A stretch of DNA of 64,000 nt from Octopus vulgaris (GCA_951406725.2 OX597814.1:97030001-97094000); one strand, 5' to 3'. Shown: positions 1-13,226, counted from the stretch's first letter. The notes: generated from the sequence alone by a model not told the origin. Numbers and translations: made by a program.

Positions 1-60
1 CAACATTATAAAATGTCAGGACAAGGAAATACAAACATACACACCCTCATACACACACAC

Positions 61-585
61 ATCATCGTTTAAAGTCCACTTTCCATGCTAGCATGGGTTG
101 GACGATTTAACTGAGGGCTGGCGAACCAGATGGCTGTACCAGGCTCCAATCTTGATGCCCTTCCTAACGCTAACCACTCCCAGAGTGTAGTAGGTGCTTT
201 TACGTGCCACCGGCATGGGGGCCAGTCAGGCGGTACTGGCAACGACCTTGCTTGAATCTTTTTACACATGCCACCGGCACAGGTGCCAGTAAGGCGATGC
301 CGGTAACAATCATGCTCGAATGGTGCCTTTTACGTGCCACCGGCATGGAAGCTAGTTAACCGCTCTGGCAACGATCATGCTCAGATGGTGCTCTTAGCAC
401 CCTACTAGCATGGGGCACAAGTACCAGTAAATACATATGTATATCATTATCATCATCATCCTTTAATGTCTGTTTTCCATGCTGGCATGGGTTGGATGGT
501 TTGACAGGAGCTGGCCAGCTTAAGAGCTGCCTGGGCTCCATGTCTGTTTTGGCATGGTTTCTATGGCTGGATGCCCTTCCTAACA
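61..585 (-). mobile_element. Two RTE-type 3'-end/SINE-like fragments with (GAT)n tails
   Basis: CATCAT tails followed by TTTCCATGCTAGCATGGGTTGGA, and GTGCCACCGGCA subrepeats shared with the RTE copies at 10425 and 32715. Confidence 0.7.
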
Positions 586-896
586 AACATACATTCAAAC
601 ATTTGTATGACGGGCTTCTTTCAGTTTCCACTTTACAAAATCCACTACCAAGGCTTTAGTTGACCCAGGGTCCAAGGTGCCAAACAGTGGGACTGAACCT
701 GGAAACATGTGGTTTGGAAGCAAACTTCTTTTATCACACACTTGTGCCAGCACCTATGCCACATCTGCACCTACAATTAATTAATTGATTAAATTTCAAA
801 ATGTTATTGTTAATTTACATGCCATGCAAACATTAATCAAGAATGATAGACATAGTGTTCATGTACAATATGACAATATTGAAAATGGATTTTTAC

Positions 897-990
897 TTTT
901 GAATATTATTGAAAGAATTTCCACATCTTTTTCTTGAAAAGAATCCATAAATAACCTGATCAGGTCAAACAACAGAGTGGAATGGAATAT
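897..990 (-). CDS. NOM1: NOM1 coding exon 8 (MIF4G; gene continues beyond left edge)
   Basis: TTTTTTCCAG acceptor, phase 0-1. IFHSTLLFDLIRLFMDSFQEKDVEILSIIFK resembles VVQSLLIFDILKKLIGTFTEKDIELILLMLK. GTAAAA donor. Confidence 0.9.
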
Positions 991-3789
991 CTGGAAAAAA
1001 TATATACAAAATATAAAATATACATAAAAAAGAGAAAAAATATATACATAATATAAAATAATAATAATTGTTTCTAATTTAAGTACAAGACGTGCAATTT
1101 TGAGGGGAGGGGGGCAAGTCAACCACATTGACCCTAGTTCTTGATTGGTATTTAATTTTATTGATCTTGAAAGGGTGACAAACGAAGATGATCTTAGCAG
1201 TATTTGAAAGCAAACTGTAAAGTACTAGAACAAATAACAGCAGCAGCAGGAAAATAAAGAGAGAGGGGGAGGAGGTGATAGTGGAAGCAGTACCAATAAC
1301 AATAATCACTATCATCACCATTATTGTCATTTACTTCCAGCATGGGTCAACCATGTTGTCACAGTGTAGGTCAGTTCTTATTGTTGAGAGTCACTGGCCT
1401 CATAAGCAGATGGGAGGATTGTCTTGTTCATCCATTTCATTTTTGTTTTGGTTTCTACGGTCTGCATGCATTTTATCATGGCACCAACATAAAAGGGGTT
1501 GTCATGTCCTTGGCAAGATAACCTCACTAGTGCTGGTGCAATGGCAAAGTATTCCTCATGACCCTATTCTTTTTTTCCACTCATTCAATTACTTTACAGA
1601 ATGTACTGGGTGCATTTCATTGAGATACCAGCACTAATGGAGTCTGTCATGTCCTTAATGGAACAGGACTAAAGGGGCCTCTTTCCCTGTTCCTTTGCCA
1701 TGCATTTTGCATTGTGTATGGATGCATTTTATCATAGCACCAGTATGAGAAGTTATCTTGTATGCCATAAGAATAAAAAGTACCCACTTCTCTAAGGCTT
1801 GTACATTTGTTCAAGATAATGAGAGAGAGAGAGCAATAGCAAGAATATATTTAAAAGAACTAATGTTACTACACAAAAATGCCATGACAATTGCTTCTGA
1901 TAGGACCCTATGAAGGAGATACCTGAAGACACAACCCCCATGACTTTCAGAAATAGCACGTGGAAAAGATTGGTGGACTGAAGTAGATTTTGTGACCAGA
2001 TGCCCATCCTGTTGCCAACTTGCCTGCTTCTAAACAAGGTAATATTTTCTCTAAGGCTGGACATGTTCTCACAGATGACTGTAAACGAGGGGCAACATGT
2101 GTATAATGGTGATAAACATTTATAAGTATTGCATGATGTCTAGACAAAGAGACACAAACACTTACATAGACATATGCCAACACACGCACACATACATACA
2201 TGATGGGCTTATTTCAATTTCTGTCTACCAAATCCACCCACAAGATTTTGGTTGACCTGTGGTGATAGAAGACACAAATAGCTAATATACTGAATCTTTA
2301 ACAAAATTTTTTAAAAAAACACTAAGATACTCTTACATTAAAATGTGAGTTCATAAAAAGAAAGTATTCTTCTAATTATTATTAATACATAATACTACTA
2401 AATTAAACAGATCATAAATAAAAACATTATATGATAATTTTGAATCCTACTGCCTTCATAACATCTTTCAAACTATTATAACTAAGTCTGGATGATTTGC
2501 TAATTAGAAAGCAAATGATGTGAATTAGTCACAAAGTTTCCATTTTCTTAAAAATTTTTTTATTCTTTCTTATTTCTTCTCCTTCTACCATCATCACCAC
2601 TTAAATCTATTTTGGATTTCTATCTGTTCATTTTTGGGGAATTAATGATCAGTCATGCGATGTTGATAGTATCAAAAATAACTGCCCACTAACTAAAAAC
2701 CTTGCTGATAGGCCACTTACTGGCCCCACCCTTATCAATCACCCATTAGTTTGATGTAATTCTGGCCTGCTTCCAGTCCTGTTGACCTGTTCTACACTTT
2801 CTCTTACCTCTACATCTCACCTATTTTTACTATGAGAATTACTGCTCATCACAAAGTACATCGCTTCAAATTCTCTTTCTAGCTTGTTTTTATTTTATTG
2901 CTTTCTTCACTTCCCTTCTACCCTCTCTCTCCCTGTAAATGCCAAGTCTTCTGGTAATCTTTCAAACATGTAATTATCCATCAAAAAACTATTTTAAGAG
3001 ATTTGGCCTCTACAGCTCAAGGGAAGGAATTGCAAATGATCAGCATAGAGCAGAGAGATCTCTGAGAGCTGCAAAATAACTTTCCTAGTGCTAGTACCAC
3101 TGTAATGCATCAAAGCTCTATTAAAAAAATGTTTGGAAGTGTTTGAGCTAACACACCACTATATAATTATTGGGGCCTTTAGGGGAAGTCATTTAGAATA
3201 TGCTTTCATGCTATATCTTCCTGTGTAGCACTACATACAGAGGACTATGCCATGCTACAGCAAGCTTTGCAGGTGTATAAACTTTCCTTCTAGTTTGTCA
3301 CTGGAGCCACAAACAAGTATAAAATTCTGAGAGATCCACCTGCAGCCACTAACTTCCTCTAGGACAATTCTCCCTCTTAGGAATTTTACTGTAGCCTTCA
3401 ATCTCATCCACTTCCTCCTCCTAATATATAAAACACATTCTTCTCATCCTCCATATATCACAGTCAACATCCTCATCATTTTATGTCTTCTTTCTATACT
3501 AGCATGTGTTGGATGGTTAGACAGGATCAAGGTTGAAGGATCACAACTTGTTCCAGAATATCAGTTTTAGCATGGTTCTTATGGTTGAATTCCCTCTCTA
3601 ATGGCTACCACATTACAGAATGTACTGGGTGCATTATCACAGCACTAGTAATGTCAATTTGTAACTTGTATGATTGAATAGTTCCCTTGCCTGGGGAGAT
3701 CGTTTTATGTAAGATGTCGAGCAGTTAAAATGTGATAGGAGGAACAGGAATATATTTATTGTTATGAAGGAGCTTCATGGCAACTCTGC

Positions 3790-4262
3790 ATCATACATGA
3801 ATGGAGTGGTGTGGCTACAATGCTGCCCAAGAGAGAGGTAGATATGGTGATGATGAAAGATGTGTGTGTGTTAGAGGAATATCCAGGAAGACATGGGACA
3901 AGGTGGTGAAGCATGATCTTAGAATGTTGGGCCTTATGGAGATGATGACCAAGAGCTTTGGCAACATGTTGTGCTTGGGAAGACTCATCAAGCCAAGTGA
4001 AATCGTGCTTGTGGCCACTGCTAGTGTCACATAACTGGCACCCATGCCAGTGGAATGTAAAAAGCACCTATTATACTCTTGGAGTGATTGGCATTTGGAA
4101 GAGCTTCCAGCCATAGAAACCATGCCAAATCAGACTAGAACCTAGTGCAGCTCTCTAGCTTACCAGTTCCATTCAAACTGTCCAACCCATGCCAGCATGG
4201 AAAGTGGATGTTAAATGATGATGCATGCCAACATGCAAAGCAGATGTCAAACAATGATGATG
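3790..4262 (+). mobile_element. RTE LINE 3' fragment
   Basis: RGISRKTWDKVVKHDL ORF end followed by the family 3' UTR and (GAT)n tail. Confidence 0.7.
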
Positions 4263-4271
4263 ATATATATA

Positions 4272-4660
4272 TAGAAAGGAATTTTTCTAAATGGCATAAT
4301 TTAATTTTCCAGTATTGAATTGATAAAAGGTGTTTTTTTCTAATTTATATATATATATTATATTTTGTGAAATTTGATTTAGTATTTCTAAATTGAATTT
4401 TTCCCTGTAAGTTTGAATAATATTCCCTCATATTATTATTATTATTATATTATATTAATAACTAATGTTTCTGAGAGTTTACCCTCATTTTCGTCAGTTG
4501 TGGAACTTACAGGTAAAATAGAACCACTTTTTTGAAATTCATCTTTGAAGGATATTCCTATACCATCTAGAAAGGAATTTTTCTAAATGGTATAATTTAA
4601 TTTTTCAATATTGAATTGATAAAAGGTGTTTTTTTTCTAATTTATATATATATATATGTA
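4272..4660. repeat. About 85-bp direct repeat pair flanking a probable Penelope terminal fragment
   Basis: TAGAAAGGAATTTTTCTAAATGG...CTAATTTATATATA at 4272 and 4568. The spacer carries a minus-strand CTGACGA...GAAAC motif. Confidence 0.55.
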
Positions 4661-5073
4661 TATAAGAAATTGGGATAGCATAGGAATAAACAATTATGTT
4701 ATGAACTTCATTAGCTTACAACTGTTTCTGCTATGAGATGCAAACATAATTATATATTCCTATGTCACCCCAAGTTCTTATTAGTGCTCTGTAAAAGACA
4801 CTATTTCTGTTGATAAACTAAAAAGGGCTCACAGTGAAAAAACTATTTCCAACCCACTACAGACAACACACACTCAGCATTACAAATGCGTCCTTTTCAT
4901 ACAACTTCACAAACTCTGACTACCAAAAGTGATAGACATGTGCATTGACCCAAGAATTTAATAAACATTTACTACGTTTGAGTTGCGATATTGTTTCTAT
5001 AGTTTGACATTTTATGATGTATACATTTTTGTTATTTTCATTATTGTATAACGCTACCTCTGCCTGGGGTGTG

Positions 5074-5590
5074 TGTAGTGGTTTATGTAGCTAAATAGTT
5101 GAATGATTTCCCTTGCAAGAGAGAATATAGAGTAACCTTCCTTTATTAAGTTTCTTGAAGCATCTGTGTCATGAGACATGCTTCTTAATTATTCAAGAAG
5201 CTTAGCATTTCTCTTGGAAGTTTCTAGAATGTCTAGCGTTCCATTAATAAAAACAGCTTGCTAACCCTGCTCTTCGCTTCTTAGTCAATTAGACTTAGAG
5301 CCATTAACGTCATTGCTATGTCCGTCTATTTCTCTACGCCACATGACTGAAAACCACCACTTAGCTGTTATTTCTACATTTCCTATTTCTGATGTTTCTT
5401 GCATAGATTACTTCATTCAACCAGATTTTACATATTGATCCTATGTATCATCATCGGCCAGTAAATAAAATATACTTTTATGTAGTAAATATATAGTTCT
5501 TGAATTTATTCTTCATCTCTATATGAATTCTTGTAATAATATACACGCAGCCACATCAACACCTTGTACTGACTATATATTTCCACTACA
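5074..5590 (+). mobile_element. Solo LTR candidate (Gypsy/BEL-like)
   Basis: Perfect 8-bp inverted termini TGTAGTGG...CCACTACA, 517 bp, internal HSE, TATA-like TTAATAAAA and an AATAAA at about 5464. No matching TSD. Confidence 0.6.
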
Positions 5591-6260
5591 GCTTCAACTA
5601 CGGCCTCCAGACGACTTCGGAATCTCCTGCAACTCTTCTAGTTGGTCTACTTGTTTAATTTGGTAAATGCTGCCATAATCCTTGCCTTCAGTTCATCTTT
5701 GGTGTTACAAAGAGTTTTGCTAGTCTCTCACTCAACTGCACCCCACACATAATAATCAAACAGGTTGCAGTCTGGGGAGTTAGGTAGCCAGATACTAGAG
5801 GTGATGTGGTCACAGAAATTGTCTGACAGCCATGACTGAGTTCTCCTGCTTGTGTGGAATAGTGCAGAGTCCTTTTGCCAGGCATAGGGTCTTCCAGCAG
5901 CCACCCATTTGACCCAGGGCAGTACTACCTCCACCAGGTACTTGATGTAGGCCTCCATGTTGAGTCTGAGACCATGTGGGAAGATGGAGGCATAATGTCG
6001 CCGTCACTGGTGATCACTTCAAACACCATGATGTTGACTGGATTTTTGATTTTTATCACTCTTGATACATGTCCTCAGATTGACACCCACACACTCTGAA
6101 ATGTGCATATTGGAGTTTCCAGCATGAATGCCAAGCAGTACACCATGTCATTCCCAAATTTCTGGCAGAGTGAATTGCATCATGATGCTGTTTTTCTCAC
6201 AGACAGTACCCAACTGATCCGCTATCATGTGCAGTCAACAAAATTAAAAATGAACAATGT
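5591..6260 (-). mobile_element. Degenerate DD37D (maT-type) Tc1/mariner fragment
   Basis: WQKDSALFHTS...WLPNSPDCNLFDYYVWGAVE, with 37 residues between the second and third catalytic Asp. Confidence 0.8.
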
Positions 6261-6414
6261 ACAATGGTGACAATGTACCCATCACACACTTCCTTTAATG
6301 TCCTTTTTCCATGTTGGCATGGATCGGATGGCTTAACAGGATCTGGCAATCTCGGCCTTTTCTATAATTCGTTGCATGTACATAGTTTTTTTTGTATGTA
6401 GGGTCTTCCATATC

Positions 6415-6810
6415 ATTTTAATCTATAAGGTTGTATATTGGCATTAGAGAATATATTTCAAATTTTTCGACCTATTATTTATCTATATGTTGTAATTGTG
6501 TATTATTACTTTCTATATGTGTATTGGTGTGTATTAAGTGTTTTGGTTAGAGAATATTAAAAAGGTGAAAGGATTTTGTCTATTTATTTATTTCAACAGT
6601 TTTCCATACCTTTTTAATCTATATGGTCATATATTTGCATTACAGAATATTTTTTAGTTGTTTTCACATTTATTATTTATTTATATGTTCTAATAATGTA
6701 TTATTAATCTCTATAGTTTTTTTATATGTGTATTGGTATGTATTGAGCTTAGGTTAGAGAATATTATAAGAGTGAAAGGATTTTATCTATTTATTAATTT
6801 CGACTGTCCA
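6415..6810. repeat. Diverged tandem duplication of about 195 bp
   Basis: TTTAATCTATA...GGTTAGAGAATATT...GTGAAAGGATTTT...TATTTATT occurs twice, starting near 6417 and 6613. Confidence 0.65.
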
Positions 6811-7699
6811 CCTGCGACAGTGATTAAATTGACTAGGAACACTGTACACGATGAATATCCAATACAAAACAATCTTAATCTCCATTAAACTTTGGCAAGC
6901 TTACCTATACCTATTCTGAGTTACTTGAAAGGTGATGCTTCCTTCCCTCTCTTCTATTTGTTGATACCTTTGTTTACCTCCCAATACGTTGTTTCACTTT
7001 AAGGATTCTTATTTACCCATCCATTATGATATTTCAACTTGTTCATTATTGTTTCAAATACATTTTAGCATAGTTGCTCTAGCCTTTTTTAAACAATCAC
7101 ATGAAATTTCACTTTCATGTAAAACAAACTATATTTTGTAGTCATTATCCATAATGTACTCCCAAACACTTCAGTAGCTCTACTTTGTATTGCTTGCAAA
7201 CTTAAATGTTCTGTGATCATTAAAGTGCAACGACCTCCACAATAACCAGCCTTCAATTTGGTTTTCCATTCCAAGGTTAATCAGACATAAATTGCCATGC
7301 TACAAATAAACCTTCTCGGTAGTTCAATTATTTGGTGAAAAAATATCACCAAAGCAACTTAAACCGTCCAAAGGATGGGTGTATTTGCTAGTATACACAC
7401 ACACAGATAGACAGACAGATAGATATATAATATATATACATATATATAGGATGAGAAGAATAAAAATGTTAGGAATAGGAAGTGTATAGAACTGAAGTCC
7501 ATAGTAAAATTTCTTTTGAAAGAGAATTGTCCAACAGGAAGTAAGTAGTTTCAGTAGTGTGAAGGAAACATGTTCAAGGAGAATAAAAGATGAGATAGTC
7601 ACAGTTGGAATGTATATGATTACAAGACTGCTTGATCAGAACTTAACTAGAGTTGAACTATTTTACTTTTGTTTACCAGTGACTTCTTCTCCTTTCTTA

Positions 7700-9500
7700 T
7701 CAACAGCAAATATTTCCAATTAGTTTGGTTCATCTGTTGTTTTCCTCCAGACATCTATCTCAGTTCACTGACCTCTCTGGTACTTCAAGTCACCTAACTG
7801 GTTATATGCTTCACCAATTCTATGCTAACTACCCCTGGCAGTAAATGTATTTAATCTTTTCACCATCTAAGACATGTCCATTCAAACTCTTCACTCAACC
7901 AAAAGTCATATTCTCATAAAACTCCAACTGATTGGTGTTATATAGTTAAAGAATACTTCCCAAAACACTCAATGAAAATCACATCTCAGTAACTGAAAGT
8001 CATTAATCCATCACTGAAATACCGACAGAAATTTCTTAGTCTCTTGCAAAATTAAGTCTCTACTAGCAATATGGAATACTCCAATTCACTGTATTTTCTG
8101 CTCTTATTTCCAATACAAGAAAACACCTAAACTCTACCATCACCCAAAACTTTGGTGATCACTTAAACCCAACCATTAACCTGCTTTGACTGTTTGCTTT
8201 TCATTAACTGCAATCAATGTGTTCCAGAGCTAATTCTTATCTTTGCAGAACCCTTTAATCTTTCTCTCTCTCTCTTGCTCTTTCAGAATCTATTCTAATC
8301 TACAGAAACACATTAAAGTGTGTGTGATTATCATCAAGGACATTCTGACTCTGTCAACTCTTCCCATTCCCAGTAATTAAAGGCAGTGAAAACAGTTGTA
8401 AACAACTTCATAACTTTAAGTCTCTCTCTTTCCCCTCTTTATTGACCACAAATGTAGCTTCTACAGAGCCAAACTTGCCCTCCTATTTCATACACCAGCC
8501 GTTGCACCTAACATCAGCAAAGCCTTAAACCATGTTTGACAGAAGAACCTCCAGAGCATTATACACTGATGAAGCTCTCTCTCTGATCCACATTCAATCA
8601 ACTCAGGAAAACTCTAAGATTTGGTTATGCCTCTCCCATTTCTTTCTATGTATTTATGACCTACCAACTTGCTGCCACTTCTAAAAGCACATATTCTTCA
8701 TGTAGATGATACCATCTTTCACTTCTCCTTTAATTACGCACAAGTAACCTAGACACGTCATGTCACATGCACATGCCAATTTGAAAATATCCTTCAATAA
8801 TGATATAATACCTAGGCACAAAGACATAACTATTACTCATCAATGAAACAGACTTGTACTATACTCTTCTCCACTAAACATGAACAATATTCAAATAAAA
8901 CCTTCATTGTCACAATAATTACTTGACCTCACAGTTTCTGATGACCTCATGGTGGCCTTTTGCATATAACACTGCCAAAACTGCATGAAATAGATAAAGC
9001 TTTGTTGATTCTACAAAAAGCAAGAAAAACTCATACATCTGGTACTACATTAAAAAGAAGGTCCAGATGATTAACCAAGATTGCTTCAGCAACATGTTAC
9101 AACCACTGGCTCACAAATAGGTTGTTTTTTCTTTTTTCTTTCTCCCTCTTCTTTCACTATAATAATGATCTCAACACTTCTAAAACAGCAAGTTGTATAC
9201 CTACCTCTGCCCAGGTTCACTTGACACACTTGTCTTTCATACAGTGTATTGTCTCCTAGACCCGACACTATACACACCATGTAATCATTCATTGCAATAA
9301 CTGAAATCCATTAGAAATCTGTCCCTGTTCATGTAGATGTCAGGGCTGAATATCAATTACATCAACATCACCAGCTTAAAGAAGTGAGACAAAGGTAACC
9401 TGTAAAGATCATGGGAACCCTCACTCTTTTCTCTGAACAATAGCATCAAGCTCACTAGCCTCAGGGAGCCTGCAATGGTCAAGGGCACTGCCCCTTGAGT
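7700..9500 (+). mobile_element. Highly decayed CR1/Jockey-like LINE
   Basis: Remnant RT motifs NISKALNHV (about 8510, cf. DISKAFDRV) and HVDDT (about 8700, cf. YADDT). A similar 3' end recurs at about 12480 and about 59850. Confidence 0.45.
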
Positions 9501-9559
9501 TAGATTCCCCAAAGATCATTATCTACATGTGTTGCATTCTTTACGAGATTATTTATCTG

Positions 9560-9850
9560 CAGTCAGTCGTCACAACTATGACTGCTCATGGCTTTAGGAT
9601 GACTTTGATAAGCTTTCTCCAAACTGGTCAGTTTTTCGTTTGGGTTTGCCATTTATTATGATCAATTCCTTTTTGCAATATCCTTGAATCTCAGTCTAGG
9701 TCTTCCCTGGTTTCATTTCCCCTTGGATAGTTAGGAGTAAAGGATTTGTTTGAGGAGTCTGTTGTTGTCCAACCTGTGTATGCGACCCAACCAATGTAAA
9801 TTTCTATTAATGAAGATTTCCATCACAGGAGGCAGACCTGCATGCCATAG
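9560..9850 (-). mobile_element. RTE (BovB-like) LINE fragment
   Basis: Minus strand reads WLGRIHRLDNNRLLKQILYS...NQGRPRLRFKDI, the RTE C-terminal motif. Confidence 0.65.
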
Positions 9851-10177
9851 AATCTCACAAATAAACAGAAAATTCCCCTTAGAATGAGAGCTTTAAATGA
9901 AGCTTTTATGAAACTTTTTAGAAAGTCTAATCATGTAATAAAATAAGTCAAACATGCTGAACTAAAAATACGAAAATTCTAATTAAATAATTGGAAGAGA
10001 AAGTATTGTAAGATATTTTTGGTGATACCAATATTGTCTGAAGAATATTGATTTTTATACTTGTATAAAAATAGATAAAATATAATTTATAGACATACTA
10101 TGAAAACATATGACACTGAGTAACTAATTCATAGAGTACAAAAAATAGGTAAGGAGTTGTAATAAAATCAAACTAAC

Positions 10178-10290
10178 CTTCAAATTAAACATACAACACA
10201 TCAGAGTAATAACATTGTTCAGCTCTTTACCATTGCCTTTCTTTCGGTATTTATGCATATTTTCTACCAAATTTTGAATTATATAGGCAC
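10178..10290 (-). CDS. NOM1: NOM1 coding exon 7 (MIF4G)
   Basis: CACAG acceptor, phase 1-0, GAYIIQNLVENMHKYRKKGNGKELNNVITLMCCMFNLK, GTTAGT donor. Confidence 0.9.
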
Positions 10291-10424
10291 CTGTGAGTAA
10301 AACAGAAGTGAGTGATTAAATATGAAATAAATAAATTATACCATACTTGTATGGTATAATTAAAGAGCTCATTTAAAGATTTAACTTTATCTAATAAATT
10401 ATTATCATCATCATTTTAATGCCC

Positions 10425-11858
10425 GGCAGAAGTACCACTGATGCTATATTTCTGGTAAGGTAACTGCAGGAGAAATATCTAGCCAAAGATAAAACTCTGT
10501 ACCTGGCTTTTGTTGACTTAGAGAAAGCCTATGACAGGGTCCTCTGATCCCTTATCTAATGGTCAATGTGGAAACTGGGGATAGATGAGTGGTTGGTAAG
10601 AGCTGCATAAGCCCTGTACAAGGATGCTGTCAGTAAGGTGAGGGTTGGCAATGAGTATAGTGAAGAATGCCGTGTAGAAGCAGGGGTTCACCAAGGATCA
10701 GTCCTTAGCCCCTCTTGTTCATTATATAGACCTCCAGGTAATAACAGAGGAATTCAAGACAGACTGCCTCTAGGAGCTCATCTATGCTGATGACCTTGCT
10801 CTAATAGCTGAGTCTCTGCCAGAATTAGAGACGAAGTTTAGGGTATGGAAGCAATGTCAAGAATTGAAAGGCCTTAAGGTTAACCTAGCAAAAACCAAAG
10901 TCTTAATAAGTAGGAAGGCTGTCGAATCACAAATCCCTTCAGGTAGATGGCCCTGCTTGATCTGTAGAAAAGGCATGGGTAGGAATTCCATACGATGTAC
11001 CCGGTGTAAGCTATGGACACATAAAAAGTGCAGCATTATTAGAGGACGGTTAACTGGGAAGATAGATTCCATCACATGCCAGGGGAAGAAACTAGATGTA
11101 GTTAATAGCTTCTGCTACCTTTTAGGGTTAGTCTGTAGTGGGGGTGGTTGCTCTGAGAGTGTAGTGGCTAGAATAAGAATAGCCTAGGCAAAGTTCAGGG
11201 AGCTTCTACCTCTGCTGGCAACTAAGAGCCCCTCGCTCACGATGAAAGGTAGACCGTATGATGCATCTGTGGGAACTGCCATGCTACATGGCAGTGAAAC
11301 ATGGGCCATGACTGCTGAGGACATGCACAGGCTTGAAAGAAATGAAGCTAGTATGATCTGCTGGTTGTGTAATGTCAGTGTGCATGCACGACAGAGTGTA
11401 AGCGCCCTGAGAGAAAAGTTTGGCATAAGAAGCATCAAATGTGTGCCTGAGTGGCTTCCATGCCAGTGGAACATAAAAAGCAACATCCGAACATGGCTGA
11501 TGCCACTAGCCCCTGACTGGCTCCTGTTCCTGTGACACGTAAAAAGCACCATCTGAACGTGGCCGATGCCAGTATCCATTGACTGGTCCCCGTGCTAGTG
11601 GCACATAAAAAGCACTAACCGAACATGATTGAAGGCAGACCTTCTTGAAGGCTCCTGTGCCGGTCACATGTAAATAGCACCCACTACACTCTCAGAGTGG
11701 TTGGCATTAGGAAGGCCATCCAGATGTAGAAACATTGCCAGATCAGATTGGAGCCTGGTGCAGCTGCTGGCCCTCCAGACCTCAGTCAAACCACTCAACC
11801 TATGCCAGCATGGAAAACAGACATTAAACAATGATAAACAATGATGATGATGATGATT
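10425..11858 (+). mobile_element. 5'-truncated RTE LINE (RT domain to tail)
   Basis: YLAFVDLEKAYDRV, GVHQGSVLS, ELIYADDLAL, GLKVNLAKTK and HGSETW motifs with stops, then the 3' UTR and (GAT)n tail. Confidence 0.9.
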
Positions 11859-12644
11859 TTAATGTCCATGTTTCAATGTTTGCATGGGTTGGACAGAGTT
11901 TATAGAGGTAGATTTTTAACAGCTGGTTACTCTTCCTGTCACCAACTCTCACCTGCTTCCAAGCATAGTAATATTTTCCAACAGCCAGACATGTTCTCAT
12001 GGAATATTAGAAATCCATGACATTGCTTGTATGACAATGACAATCATTTTACAACTATCACATGATGTCAAGACAAAGAGACGCAAACACACATATCATG
12101 GACTCTCCTATTGTTTGACAACATGTGACTGTTCTGCAATTTCTTGCTGAACATTTACCTGAATGGCAATCAATCACAAATGGACACAATCTAGTCTCTG
12201 GTCCACAGGCATGTGTCTCTGCTCTCTGTACTTCCTACTGCAACTACAACGGCTCCTATTCCTCAAAACTGGTTGACTAGTCTAATACTTGCATCACTCA
12301 TGCACTCCTCACCAACACATCTTATCTCTTGTCACCTTCATTGTGTGCAGCTCCCACTAGCCCTGCTCTAACCTCTGTGCTCAGTTCTTTCTCCCCAGAA
12401 CAATGTCCCCAGCCTCCCACCGGAATCTTCTCTTAGCTCATGTCTTTCCCTGTGTCTATCTGCAACAGTTCAATCAGAACAATAATAGCATCAAACTCAC
12501 CATCCTCAGACAACTTGAAATGGTCATGGGCAGACTCAGCAAGTGGTAAAAAAACAATGAATGACAATGGAAGCAGCTAATCATGCAGTATTCAATGTAT
12601 TGATACACTTAAGTTAATGAATTCTCTATCAGTAATATACTTAC

Positions 12645-12844
12645 CAATTTCCTCACCAACATTACTGTGAATAATAACAATAAGTAGGGCCAGCTCCAGT
12701 AGGAGACGATCTAGACTTGACTCTGGTCGAATTGCAGTGCTACAAATGTTTTCAAAGAAGCATTTATTCAGAATAGCTCGACTGTGACAATTGTACATCT
12801 CTTCAAGTTGATTACTCATAATTGCCATGTTTGCTTCATTAACT
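12645..12844 (-). CDS. NOM1: NOM1 coding exon 6 (MIF4G)
   Basis: TTTTAG acceptor, phase 2-1. VNEANMAIMSNQLEEMYNCHSR...HSNVGEEIG resembles LSEPNMASISGQLEELY...HHTVGIEVG. GTAAGT donor. Confidence 0.93.
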
Positions 12845-12982
12845 CTAAAAGAAAAATTATAAAAGGAAAAAAAAAAACATTTTAAAATAAAAATTGCACT
12901 ATGTAGTAAAAAAAGCTTAACAAGATTTTCATAAAAAAATTATTTTTAAATCTCACAACGTGAGATATTCAGCAACAGTACT

Positions 12983-13226
12983 TTGTAGAAAAGATTGTTT
13001 GCCAACATAACATGGCAGTCCTGGTTTAGGACGAATGTTGCTGTAATTTAGCCCCAGATATTGTTTTGAGCTGAGTTGGGGTGCTAGATTCCCTTGTTCG
13101 AAAATATAAGGACACAGGTTGTGTCGTATAGCCAGCTGGAGACGATGTCTCCTGGGTCTAAATTACAGCAACATTTCTCCTAAACCAGGACTGCCATATT
13201 ATGTTGACAAACAATCTTTACTACAA
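12983..13226. mobile_element. Hairpin MITE with about 80-bp terminal inverted repeats
   Basis: TTGTAGAAAAGATTGTTTGCCAACATAACATGGCAGTCCTGGTTTAGGA...GCTGTAATTTAG mirrored by CTAAATTACAGC...TCCTAAACCAGGACTGCCATATTATGTTGACAAACAATCTTTACTACAA. Confidence 0.8.
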
